NCBI GenBank assembly: GCA_964016885.1
Contig: OZ024754.1
Span: 20,460,001-20,524,000 of the forward strand
Direction of reading: 5' to 3'
From: Eledone cirrhosa
Taxonomy: Eukaryota
Length of the DNA: 64,000 bases
Both the position numbers and the translations under genes were made by a program. Position 1 is the stretch's first letter. Each line of letters opens with the position of its first letter. The notes under the pieces are model-generated. The model saw only the letters and a list, made by a program, of their open reading frames with translations, searched no databases and was not told the origin of the DNA. Shown in pieces: positions 31,361 through 43,789 of the stretch.

Positions 31361-32705
31361 ATATGTATATTATATATATATATTTATATATATGTATATA
31401 TATATATATATTATATATATGTATATATATATATATATTTATATATATGTATATATATATGTATATTTATATATATGTATATATATATGTATATATTATA
31501 TATATGTATATATATATGTATATATTTATATATATGTATATATATTGTATATATTTATATATATGTATATATATATGTATATATTTATATATATGTATAT
31601 ATATATATATATTATTTATATATATATGTATATATATATGTATATATTTATATATATGTATATATATATATGTATATATTTATATATATGTATATATATA
31701 TATGTATATATTTATATATATGTATATATATATGATATATATATATATATATTTATATATTTGTATATATATATATTTATATATATGTAATATATATATT
31801 ATATATTATATATTTATTATATATGTATATATATATGTATATGTATATATGTATATATATATATATATGTATATATTTATATATATGTATGTATATATCA
31901 TCATCATCATCATCATCGTTTAACGTCCGTGTTCCACGCTTGCATGGGTTGGACGGTGTTTTCCCACTTGAGGCAAGAGTGATTGTCTTGCTTGCATAGT
32001 GACATATATATATGTATATTATATATGTATATATTATATATATTATATAGTATATTGTATATACTATATGTATATATTTATATTATATGATTATATATAT
32101 GTTATGTATATATATATGTATCTATTTGTATATATTATATATATATGTATATATTTATATATATGTATATATTTATATATATATGTATATATTTATATAT
32201 ATGTATGTATATATGTATGTATATATGTATATATATGTATATATGTATAGTATATATTATATATGTATGATATATATGTATTATTTATGTGTATAGCTTA
32301 TATATATATGTATATATGTATATTATATATATAATGTATATGTATATATATATGTATATATATATGTATATATATATATGTATATATTTATATAGTATAT
32401 ATATATGTATTATATAGTATATGTATATATGTATATATATATATGTATATGTATATATATATATGTATATATATATATGTATTATATATATATTGTATAT
32501 ATATATTATATATATGTATATATATATATGTATATATAGTAATTATATATATATATATGTATATATATTATATATAGTATAATTATATATTATAGTATAT
32601 ATATATGTATATATATATGTTATATATTATATATGATATATATATATATGTTATATATATATATATATTATATGTATATATATATATATATGTATATATA
32701 TATAG

Positions 32706-32758
<53 letters not shown>

Positions 32759-32765
32759 TGTATAT

Positions 32766-32796
<31 letters not shown>

Positions 32797-32838
32797 GTAT
32801 ATTATATATATGTATATATATATGTATTATATATGTAT

Positions 32839-32869
<31 letters not shown>

Positions 32870-32929
32870 TATATATGTATATATATATATAGTATATATA
32901 TATATATGTATATATTATATATATATATG

Positions 32930-32978
<49 letters not shown>

Positions 32979-33145
32979 GTATATATATATATGTATATAA
33001 TATATTATATATATATATGTATTAATATATATATGTATATATATATATATATGTATATATGTATATATATATATATATATATGTGTATATTATATATATA
33101 TATATGTGTATATATAATATATATGTGTATATTTATATATATATG

Positions 33146-33176
<31 letters not shown>

Positions 33177-33276
33177 GTATAATATTATAATATATATATG
33201 TATATATATATATTATATATATATGTATATATATATATATATTATATATGTATAATATATGTATATATCATATATG

Positions 33277-33309
<33 letters not shown>

Positions 33310-33441
33310 GTATATATATTATTGTATATATTATATAATATGTTTATATATATATGTATATATATAGTATATATGTATATTATATATGTGTATATATATA
33401 TATGTATATATATATGTATATGTATATAGTATATATATATG

Positions 33442-33472
<31 letters not shown>

Positions 33473-33840
33473 GTATATATGATATATATTATATGTATAT
33501 TATATATATATAGTATATATATTGTATATATATATATGTATATATTATAGTATATATTATATATATGTATATATATATATGTATTATATATAGTATATTC
33601 TATATATATGTATATATATATATGTATAATATATTATATGTATATATATATGTATATATATATATGTATTATATATGTATATATATATGTATATATATAA
33701 TATGTATATATATATATATATATAATATATATATATATAGTATGTATATATATATATGTATATATATATATAGTATATATGATATATGTATATATATATG
33801 TATATATTAATGTATATATGTGTATATATATATATGTATT

Positions 33841-33873
<33 letters not shown>

Positions 33874-33976
33874 GTATATATGTATATGTATATATGTATT
33901 GTATTATATATGTATATATGTATATATTATATATATATATGTATATATGTATATGTATATATGTATATATATTTAT

Positions 33977-34023
<47 letters not shown>

Positions 34024-34214
34024 TATATGTATATATGTATATATATATATGTATATATGTATATATATATATGTATATATATGTATATGTATATATGTAT
34101 ATATATATATATATGTATATATGTATATATGTATATATAGTATATGTATATATGTATATATATATATGTATATAATGTATGTATATATATGTATATATGT
34201 ATATGTATATAATT

Positions 34215-34256
<42 letters not shown>

Positions 34257-34353
34257 GTATATATGTATATGTATATATAATATATTATATATGTATATAT
34301 ATATATGTATATAATATATAATATGTATATATAATATATGTATATATAATATG

Positions 34354-34384
<31 letters not shown>

Positions 34385-34413
34385 GTGTATATATATATAT
34401 ATGTGTAATATAG

Positions 34414-34446
<33 letters not shown>

Positions 34447-34564
34447 GTATATATTGTATATATATATGTATATATATATATATGTTATATATATATGTAT
34501 ATATGTATATATATTATATATAGTATATATATATATGTATATTATATATGTATATATGTATATG

Positions 34565-34595
<31 letters not shown>

Positions 34596-34852
34596 GTATT
34601 ATATATATATATATATATGATTATATATATATTGTATATATATGTATATGTAATATAATATATGTATATATATATGTATATATATATATGTATTATATAT
34701 ATATGTATATATATATATGTATGTAATATATATATATTGTATATATATATATATATTATATATGTAATATATATATGATATTATATGTATATATATATAT
34801 GTATATATATGTATATATATATGTATATATATATATATTGTATATATATATA

Positions 34853-34921
<69 letters not shown>

Positions 34922-35112
34922 TTATATTTATATAGTATATATGTATATATATATGTATATATATATATGTATTATATATGTATATATATATGTATATATA
35001 TATATTATATATGTATATATATATATGTATATTATATTATATGTATATATATATATATATATTATGTATATATATATGTATATATATATATGTATATATA
35101 TTATATGTATAT

Positions 35113-35169
<57 letters not shown>

Positions 35170-35792
35170 GTGTATATATTATATATGTATATATATATAT
35201 ATGTATATATATATTGTATATGTATATATATATATGTATATGATATATATATGTATATATTATATATGTATATATATATGTATATATGTATATATGTATA
35301 TATGTAATATTATATATGTATATATATGTATATATATATGTATATATGTATATGTATATATGTATATGTATATATGTATATATATATGTATATATGTATA
35401 TATATATATATGTATATAGTATATATATATATATATGTATATATATATGTATATATATATGTATGTATGTATATATATATGTATATATGTATATATATAT
35501 GTATATATATATGTATATATGTATAATATATATATATGTATATATATATATGTATATATGTATATATATGTATATATATATATGTATATATATATGTATA
35601 TATGTATGTATATATGTATATATGTATGTATATATGTATATATGTATGTATATATGTATATATGTATATATGTATGTATATATGTATATATATGTATAAT
35701 ATGTATATATATATGTATATATGTATGTATATATGTATAGATATATGTATATATTGTATATATATATATGTAAATATATGTATATAGATATA
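31075..35792. repeat. Long noisy TA-rich microsatellite leading towards the contig end
   Basis: (TA)n/(TATG)n with frequent single-base phase slips. Confidence 0.95.
31898..32003 (-). mobile_element. RTE-type 3' tail fragment with (GAT)n inserted in microsatellite
   Basis: (CAT)n CGTTTAACGTCC..TTCCACGCTTGCATGGGTTGGACGG is the reverse of the tail seen at 12345-12387, 17787-17833 and 20190-20219. Confidence 0.8.
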
Positions 35793-35955
35793 CTGGTAAC
35801 ATGTATCCCAGTACAACCTGTCTCATGGCCGGTCGTGGCGACTAAACTGGCAACCCCACGAAGTTTTCTTGGTGAGGAGGGTGACTTTGGACATCCTGCA
35901 GGACTAAAAACAAAGCCTGTCAAAGGGCAAAGGAGCTCCTAAGAGTCAATGGCCA
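35793..35955 (+). mobile_element. Probable 5' end/UTR of a non-LTR retrotransposon, with a candidate HDV-like ribozyme at 35795-35850
   Basis: GC-richer island starting abruptly after (TA)n. Contains the CCAGT/ACTGG pair and GG-TCG-TGG-CGA-CTAA motif. Assignment is inference. Confidence 0.4.
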
Positions 35956-36189
35956 CGGAGGGTTATTATAGGTTTTAAATCCAAATTTATCCTGTTTGAT
36001 GTCTGCTTTTCGCTCATTATCGAAATAAAAGACACGCCAACGCAACCCTTTAATGAACGCGTCTGTTTTCTGTATTAGGAGTTTTAGGTATGTTTCTCCT
36101 GCTTGGTACGGGGTAATGTTCTTTGTAGAAATATTCAGATGTTGTTTCTGCCTGATGAATATGTCAGTAGAGTGCTCACCGAAAGGAGC
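35956..36189 (-). mobile_element. Penelope-like element ORF N-terminal fragment, cut by the gap
   Basis: Minus frame QKQHLNISTKNITPYQAGETYLKLLIQKTDAFIKGLRWRVFYFDNERKADIKQDKFGFKTYNNPP resembles the PLE N-terminal pattern S.KNIP..Y...LI.K...FI..(M/L)RW..(F/Y)F...FGFK...PP. Confidence 0.65.
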
Positions 36190-36389
36190 NNNNNNNNNNN
36201 NNNNNNNNNNNNNNNNNNNNNNNNNNNNNNNNNNNNNNNNNNNNNNNNNNNNNNNNNNNNNNNNNNNNNNNNNNNNNNNNNNNNNNNNNNNNNNNNNNNN
36301 NNNNNNNNNNNNNNNNNNNNNNNNNNNNNNNNNNNNNNNNNNNNNNNNNNNNNNNNNNNNNNNNNNNNNNNNNNNNNNNNNNNNNNNNN
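36190..36389. other. Assembly gap (200 N)
   Basis: Exactly 200 consecutive N, i.e. a fixed-size scaffolding join. Confidence 0.99.
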
Positions 36390-36860
<471 letters not shown>

Positions 36861-37132
36861 TTCGCAGACTGAGCACACAACACACACACAGAAACAAGAT
36901 GGCGTAGGACAGAACAAAGGAGAGGCACAAAAACAAAGAAAAGAATCCCCAGTCACTGAAGAGGTCACAGAATGTGTGACGAAAGAACTTTGACAATATA
37001 TAAACAACCATCTGGTTGTGGAACCAACCAACGGTAAATTTATAAATTCCTAAATTTATAATAATAAATTTAAGTGAAAGCGACTGGTGCATGTGTTTCT
37101 TATTGGCAACATGACCCTCCCAAAGTATAACA
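36861..37132 (+). mobile_element. LTR-like sequence (solo-LTR candidate) embedded in (TA)n
   Basis: TATA-like TATATAAA (~36997), AATAAA (~37063), terminus ATGACCCTCCCAAAGTATAACA. The terminus is shared with 22824 and 40698. Confidence 0.5.
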
Positions 37133-37336
37133 ATATATATATATATATATATATGTATGTATATATGAAGTGCTTCCAATCTATTGTAAAACTTTATTCT
37201 TTAATTTATTCATTGAACCTTGTTTAACCTTTAAATAAATATATATATATATATACTATATATATATATATATATAAACGGAAAAAATGAAACGAAATTT
37301 CATTTCCCACTCTTAGTACGGCTGTTACTTAAATAT

Positions 37337-37845
37337 AAGTATGTATACGTACATAGATAATATGTATACAGACGTACAGTAGTATGTATATATACTATAT
37401 ATATATATATACACACATATCTATATATATGTACGTATGGATTCACCGAACATTTATTATAATGCTCGGTGTGTTTGTAAACAAACATCCCGTATTAAGC
37501 CGTACAGTGTCTAGCACTGGCCGATTAACTCACTCGATATGCAAATTAGGCTGCTCAGCCGTTAATATGCATAAGGAAAGTATATACTTTCAGACGTTCA
37601 ATCATCTGGCAGGAAGGTATACGCTGCTGACGATAGCTAATAAGCTTGAAACTAGTACAGCGTTCCTTTGTCAGTGTTGAACAAATGAGCAACGATGGTT
37701 GCTAGACACTGTACGGCTTAATTCGGGATGTTTGTTTACAAACACACCGAGCATTATATTAAATGTTCGGTGAATCCATATGTATATATATATATACATA
37801 CTACTGTACGTCTGTATACATATATGTATGTACGTATACATACTT
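37337..37845. mobile_element. Foldback/MITE-like element with long inverted arms
   Basis: 37436-37516 and 37700-37780 are 81-bp inverted repeats with 2 mismatches. Outer arms (37337-37395 / ~37785-37845) are also complementary. 183-bp unique centre. Confidence 0.85.
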
Positions 37846-37868
37846 TATATATATATATATATATATAG

Positions 37869-37908
<40 letters not shown>

Positions 37909-38985
37909 TACAATATATTAATAAATGGAAATTATATTTATAAAACCATAATTATTTATATATATATTTCAAGGGCAACCAAGGCAAATTTTGGTGCGCT
38001 TTCATCAGATAAAATACAAATTTGTTTTTATAAATATTGATATATCCGGAAAAAGACAACCTTAACGGTTGAGGTTTGTGTGTGTGTAATATTATAGTCA
38101 TATCTTAAATATACATCTCAAAATGTTCCATATTAAAATATATTTGTAGTTGTTAACCTTGAGATATTCGTGGTATGTGTGTGGGAAAGGTGGGGGACTA
38201 TTATCAATATTACTATTATTAGTGTCAAAGAATCTCAATTTTCAAATTCGATATCCTTGATTACAAGGTGACACATTTTGCAAATCAAGTTTTCCGTTCA
38301 TAATCTGTGCTATATAAATATAGCACAGCTTTATTTTGGCTGATACTTGTTCTTTTAAGTACAGAATGCTGCTTCAATTGTTTTTAACATTTTATTCAAT
38401 AATTAATTATGGATAACGTATTTTATTTCCATACACAATCAATCTAAAAAGACGGATTGACCATAACTTAAATACTTTCGATCATAGGTCTGTTGAATAA
38501 GGAGTTAGGGCTAACGAAGAAAAAGTTGGGGTATATCTGAGTTATATATTAAACTCTTCCAATCTATCATGCTCAATCTCATAAGTCCACAGTGTCGGAC
38601 TTTTACTTGTCTCCTTAAGAAAATGAGTGATAAATCTCGCTAGTTAAGTAGATTTACACCGAAATAAATAATCATTAATGTAGGTAAATGTTACACCTAC
38701 GATAAATTTACGAAGCACAAAGGAAAGCTTAAGATGCCTTTTTTAATTCAATTACTCCCCATCAAACAATTACAACAGACACACACACATATACACTAAA
38801 TACACATCTTTAGATGGATGTTGGAGGCATATGTGTATAGTTTTAGAGAGAAACAAATAGAAAAAAGAACAAGAATCAACGTTATAAATAAAAACTAAAC
38901 AGAGTTAGAATGTAGAGATCATCATCTTCCAGAGATGGAACTGACCGAAATGTTAGAATGGGACAAGGAAATTTTTAAAACTTAC

Positions 38986-39432
38986 GCTGCATCGTTTCCA
39001 TTCAAACTGGTAGGGTGGATGACGAGAAAAATAAATAGAAGCATCGTTTGCAGGAAAATCCTTGTCTTCGAACATCTCCGCCTTTTGCTTACAATTTCGA
39101 CGGATCGTGTCGTAAAGACGAGAGATCTGTTTATTACTTTTACCAGCCATATCTACATCACCATTTGCATTGCTTTTGGAAGAATTAACGCTCTCTGCAT
39201 GGCTGGTGGTGCCGTTCGTCGTCACAGACGGGGTGAAAGTAAAAGAGTTGATGGCACAGGCAAAATGTTGAGTTTTCAGTTTTGTTGGTACAGGTAAGGA
39301 GATAGCTAAGTCTAGCTGTAGCGAGGATATCGAATTCCGTTGCTTGGCGGGGAATTCGTTGCTGCGCTGCGATCTGTAAGGTCGGGGTGTGAAAACAGCT
39401 TCTCTTTTGAGAAACTGATTCCCAGAATTCAT
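38986..39432 (-). CDS. Coding exon (probably first) of a calpain family cysteine protease: N-terminal extension plus start of the CysPc domain
   Basis: LYDTIRRNCKQKAEMFEDKDFPANDASIYFSRHPPYQFEWKRCS matches the calpain N-terminal pattern (F/Y)..(L/I)R..C.....LFEDP.FPA...S(L/I)......W.RP. It is followed immediately by a phase-0 donor AGC|GTAAGT (intron starts at 38985). The ATG at 39432 is the likely but unproven start. Confidence 0.88.
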
Positions 39433-40697
39433 TGTCGGAACCAGATTTCTTTTATTTATCTATCTATTTTTTTTCCTCCCTTTTAGTGAGGCAGGATGCT
39501 GTGTTAGGTGAGCTTCCACACATGTCTAATGTTGCCAATAACTTCATCACATGTGCAGGTGCCGGCCATATTGACAGCTCAACTAGTTGAGTCAAAAATA
39601 AATAAAAAATATTTTAAATCTCTAGACAGGAAAAGCAAGGTATGCAGAACAGTTAGGTTAAGCCTTTACTCTATTTAATCTCGCATGATAGGACTGAATA
39701 CTTCAACATAGAAGCTTGTATATATTTATTCGCTGCTACTTACGACTTTTATAATCTATTGTTTAAACTATATTATTGATAAGCTTCAGACATTTTCTTT
39801 TAAAAGAAAAGTCCATGAGTTTTTTTTTTTAAATCTGATAATCAAACATAGCCAGTTAGTATGTGAGTGTACTTGTGTATATATTTGTAAACAGGGGCCT
39901 CGTTTGCCTTAAAAATGTGAAGGGGAAACCAACATTTGTTGATTCTTAAAGGAGCATAAATTGCTTATGGTGCCTTTGCTGGACCCTATCATATAAGTAA
40001 AATTTTACGCTAATTAAATTTTATATATTCAAATGTTCAGATATAAAAAAAATAAGCTGAAAAAGAATTTATTATATCAAATAAACAAAAAATAAAATAT
40101 AGACGTTTGAAAAAGTGAGGGGGACTTGTCCCCTGGGCCCTTGTTTGTAAGTACAAATATGTGTTATGTATATATTGTGTGTTTATATGTATGTATTTTG
40201 TGTGTGTACGTAGGTGTGTCCGCCTCACCTTTATATTCTTCCAAAAGTAACTGCTGTCGATCATTTTTTTTTTTTTTATAAATCAAAAAAAAAAAAGCTT
40301 AGATTTTTGCGCTAGAGGAAACTTGTGAACACTTTCGACACTTGAACAAACGACTTGTGAAGATAACTATTGTTATAAATTATAGCCAAAGGTGCATTAT
40401 TATTCATTAAAACTAAAGCATGGGCGACTTTTTTTTTTTTTTTTGCGGTAGCAGATTGAAAGATTGAAGTAGCATAGAGGGGTGTATATCTGAAAGCCTG
40501 GGTGGTGGGGTCGGGTATGTGTTTAAAGGTCCCAGCGTAGACGGCAGGCATTGGTTAATGCCATGTTAACACACACATCTCTCTCTACAAACAAAAGTAT
40601 CAAATATTTTACATACACTTTTATTTCACACTCATATATACGTGTGTGTGTGTGCGCACGCACTTCGTTTTCATGTTTGTCTTGTTGAAACAGATTG

Positions 40698-40780
40698 TGT
40701 TATACTTTGGGAGGGCCATAATACCAATAAAAACACACGCACTAGTTGATATTTAACTTCGGTTTTATTATTCCTCGGTT
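40698..40780 (-). mobile_element. LTR-like terminus, third copy
   Basis: The minus strand reads AATAAAACCG...GTGCGTGTGTTTTTATTGG...GGCCCTCCCAAAGTATAACA, like 37063-37132. Confidence 0.5.
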
Positions 40781-40795
40781 AGTTTAGTAGCTGGG

Positions 40796-40915
40796 ATCAA
40801 GATAGGAGCGTCCACGCCGCGGCCCTGGAAGTATTGGTGAGATCGACAAGATACTACTAATCTTATCACCACCACAAGCAACAGTTATAAGCTACAAAAC
40901 AGCCAAAAGAAGAAG
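40796..40915 (+). mobile_element. 120-bp retroposed insertion with 15-bp TSD
   Basis: AGTTTAGTAGCTGGG at 40781-40795 and 40916-40930. The insert ends AAAAGAAGAAG. Confidence 0.7.
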
Positions 40916-41529
40916 AGTTTAGTAGCTGGGTGGTTATTTAATTGCCAAAGCTCTTTCGTCACAGATTTTGTGACCTTTTCAATTTGATTTTGTTTTATTT
41001 ACTCCATTTTATTTTTGAATTTTGTTTTGTATACTAGCAAGTTGTTAGCAGGGTCAGTAACTTGAACTTTTTAGATGCACACAAATTACAAATACTACAA
41101 GCTCATTGTATACTTTCATCTTTTCAGCTATGCTCCACTTGATTGTAGCGTTTTCTGTTCTTCAAATGCTAGATATACTCTGATAATAAAGCTGAGTTGC
41201 ATTTGCTTTTGAACCTGAACAAATGGGTGGATTTTAAATATTCCTGTGTTGCCAACAGCTTGGCTCTGCATACCAATTCAATAAAGAGGAAAATTAGCTG
41301 TATTTCTACAGTTACAGTATATTGGGATGACTGAATAGTGTTTCTGGATATTTTATCGTGGTTGAACATTCTATTGCCTAAACAACTATAGCTAACCTTA
41401 ATAGAATTCCTATTAAAATGTTTGTGATATAAATGTAAAGTGTGAACTTTTCAGAGTTAAGAACACCTTGCTTTATTTGTGGACATATATTATATGGCAA
41501 ATTAATAAATATTAGAGTAACGTTAATAT

Positions 41530-41752
41530 ATGTTGGAGTAACATACTCGATAGAGTGTGAAGCTCAGAGATGAGAGAGTCACACCATGCAGAGCTTCTAC
41601 TTCTCTGAATTGAGAGATCACAGCTCCAGTACTATGGACATGTGATTAGAATGTCTCAGGAAAGAATGGCTGGATAGATTTTATGGGGAAAAACCATCCT
41701 GCAGAAGACCCTGGGATAGGCCCTGAATAAGATGGTTGGATAACATCCATAG
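41530..41752 (+). mobile_element. RTE-clade LINE fragment (family of 20640-21690)
   Basis: IERSQLQYYGHVIRMSQERMAG...RWLDNI. DNA similarity to the reverse complement of 20755-20940. Confidence 0.75.
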
Positions 41753-41938
41753 TGGATTGGCAGTATCGGTAGAGGGTCGGATGCCATGCTTTGTAGCACA
41801 GTTATGTCCCTTTACGGACTGAGTTAAAATCCCACCGAGGTTAACTTTGCCTTTCATCCTTACGAGGTCGATAAAATAAAGTACCAGTAATACACTGGGA
41901 TAATTGCTGGCCTTGTGCCAAAAAGTAGAAACAATTAT
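41753..41938 (+). mobile_element. tRNA-type SINE with Nin/Deu-like core
   Basis: TGGATTGGCAGTATCGGTAGAG...GAGGTTAACTTTGCCTTTCATCCTTACGAGGTCGATAAAATAAAGTACCAG...GGCCTTGTGCCAAAAAGTAGAAACAA. Confidence 0.88.
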
Positions 41939-42800
41939 AATATATGGTAGCTATACTCCTGTAGATATCTACTAATAGTATCTGTAGTGAATTTAATGAT
42001 TGTAGGTGAAGGGTTAGAACCTTCATTAATCTATATTGTTTCTTCATTTAGAATATGATATAGGTAGTGTTTGTTCATGTTAAAACTAGGAAATTTACTA
42101 CTTTCAGGTTAGTGTTTATCATAATTTCAAAATTACACTGTCATGTCCACTCATATTATACGATACAGTGAGTCTGTCATTTCTGTATATTCCTATATTT
42201 TACTCTAATACTCTATTTCTCAGTGTATGTCATATCATTCCAATGAGATCTGATATTTCCAAGCCACCGTAGTTATCCATAGATACATTGAAAATGCCAT
42301 TTCCATGATACTTAACCCAGAATGAATTATAAATATTAATGATTTCCTTATATTGATGTCATTGTAGGTGGGGGAGGGGGGCATTTTACCAAATTCTATA
42401 GCTTGCAGAAGATGTCTAGAAATATCAAGTGAAGGAATCTATTTTGTCTCTGATACTATTAAACTATTTCAAAATGGCACTGCTAGAATTCCAGTAATTT
42501 GGTATTTATGAAATCTAGTATGTCTTTGTTCAAGATACTTTGTACCCTTTTCTTGGGGTTAATTAGCCTACATTTAGGACCTTGTATAAAGTTATTCTTA
42601 TGACACTTGAGTTCAGTTACAAGGGTTGGTGTTCAATGCAGGTTACTATTCTAAATATAAACTATATAAACAAGAAAAATAAATTATTTTGGGGGCTGAG
42701 GAGTGTTACTTGATATATATTTCTCGCAAGTAATGTTATAATATTTGTTTAAATGAACGTTTCTCTCTGAATCATGTAAATTTTACATTTAATAAATAAT

Positions 42801-42984
42801 GGTTTTTGATTTAGGCACAAGGCCAACAATTTTGGGCGAGGCGATTAAACCGATCGCAGTTCGTTACTGGTACTTTATTTTAACGACCCTGTAAGGATGA
42901 AAGGCAAAGCTAACCTCGGCGGGATTTGAACTCAGAGTGTAAAGGGCTGTAACTCTATGCCGCGAAGCCAATCCACCTCCCTAT
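42801..42984 (-). mobile_element. tRNA-type SINE with 14-bp TSD
   Basis: Same core on the minus strand. ATTTAATAAATAAT at 42787-42800 and 42985-42998. Confidence 0.85.
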
Positions 42985-43527
42985 ATTTAATAAATAATAA
43001 AACTTACACTCTTTACAAACGTTTTATTTTTTATTGTTTTGTTATTATCATTTACAGTTACCTCCCTTGTTTCATTTTGAACATTAATTTCAAACTTTAA
43101 CTACTGATAGTTCTGCCCCAGACATAAATAAATAGATATAATAGCTGCATTGCATAATTAGCTCATTCTATGATGAGGAGTATTGGAGAGTAACTATTAA
43201 GAGTTTTTTTTATTATTTTGAGTCTTTTTCAAATATCATTATAGAAATGTCTCCTCTATTAACCAATTATATCTAAACTCCAGTATATTATAATACAAGC
43301 AAAATTCAGTGTTTGATTTATTTCTGTTATATCTAACACAAGATTTTCTTCTTTTTTTTTTTTTTCTTTCAGCTGTTTTATTATTTTCATATTATAAAAT
43401 TTTCCACATGATATTCAACCACAATTACAAGTTACTGAGATTATTGGGGCAGCATTATGTCTACAACATTATAACGTCTGAGAGCTACAATAACAACATA
43501 ATACTGTTTATAAGCAACAATAATAAT

Positions 43528-43709
43528 TGTTTCTACTTTAGGCACAAGGCCAGCAATTACTCAGTACATTACTGGTACTTTATTTTATCGACCCCCATAA
43601 GAATGAAAGGCAAAGTCAACCTCGGCGGGATTTGAACTCAGATCGTAAAGGGACGTAACTATGCTGGAAAGCATGGCGTCCGACCCTCTACTGATACTGC
43701 CAATCCCCC
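43528..43709 (-). mobile_element. Young tRNA-type SINE with 16-bp TSD
   Basis: AAGCAACAATAATAAT at 43512-43527 and 43710-43725. Near-identical to 19421-19599. Confidence 0.92.
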
Positions 43710-43789
43710 AAGCAACAATAATAATATTATAATGTCAGTAAGCTACATCAACATTATAACATGGAGAAAACTAAGGCCATGTATACAGG

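Noticed and set aside
36152-36185. Second hammerhead-like CTGATGA...CGAAA
   Set aside because: The intervening sequence forms no convincing stem II, it is antisense to the PLE frame, and the downstream context is lost in the gap.
37111-37132. LTR-like terminus as the ancestor of the 34-bp satellite (shared CCCTCCCA and GTAT(T)AACA)
   Set aside because: Only two short words match with different spacing; not distinguishable from chance by eye.
38305-38328. Hairpin CTGTGCTATAT-AA-ATATAGCACAG
   Set aside because: Short isolated inverted repeat with an AT-rich centre; no context supporting a function.
38935-39297. 120-aa plus-strand ORF overlapping the calpain exon
   Set aside because: Antisense shadow of the coding exon with no recognisable motif.
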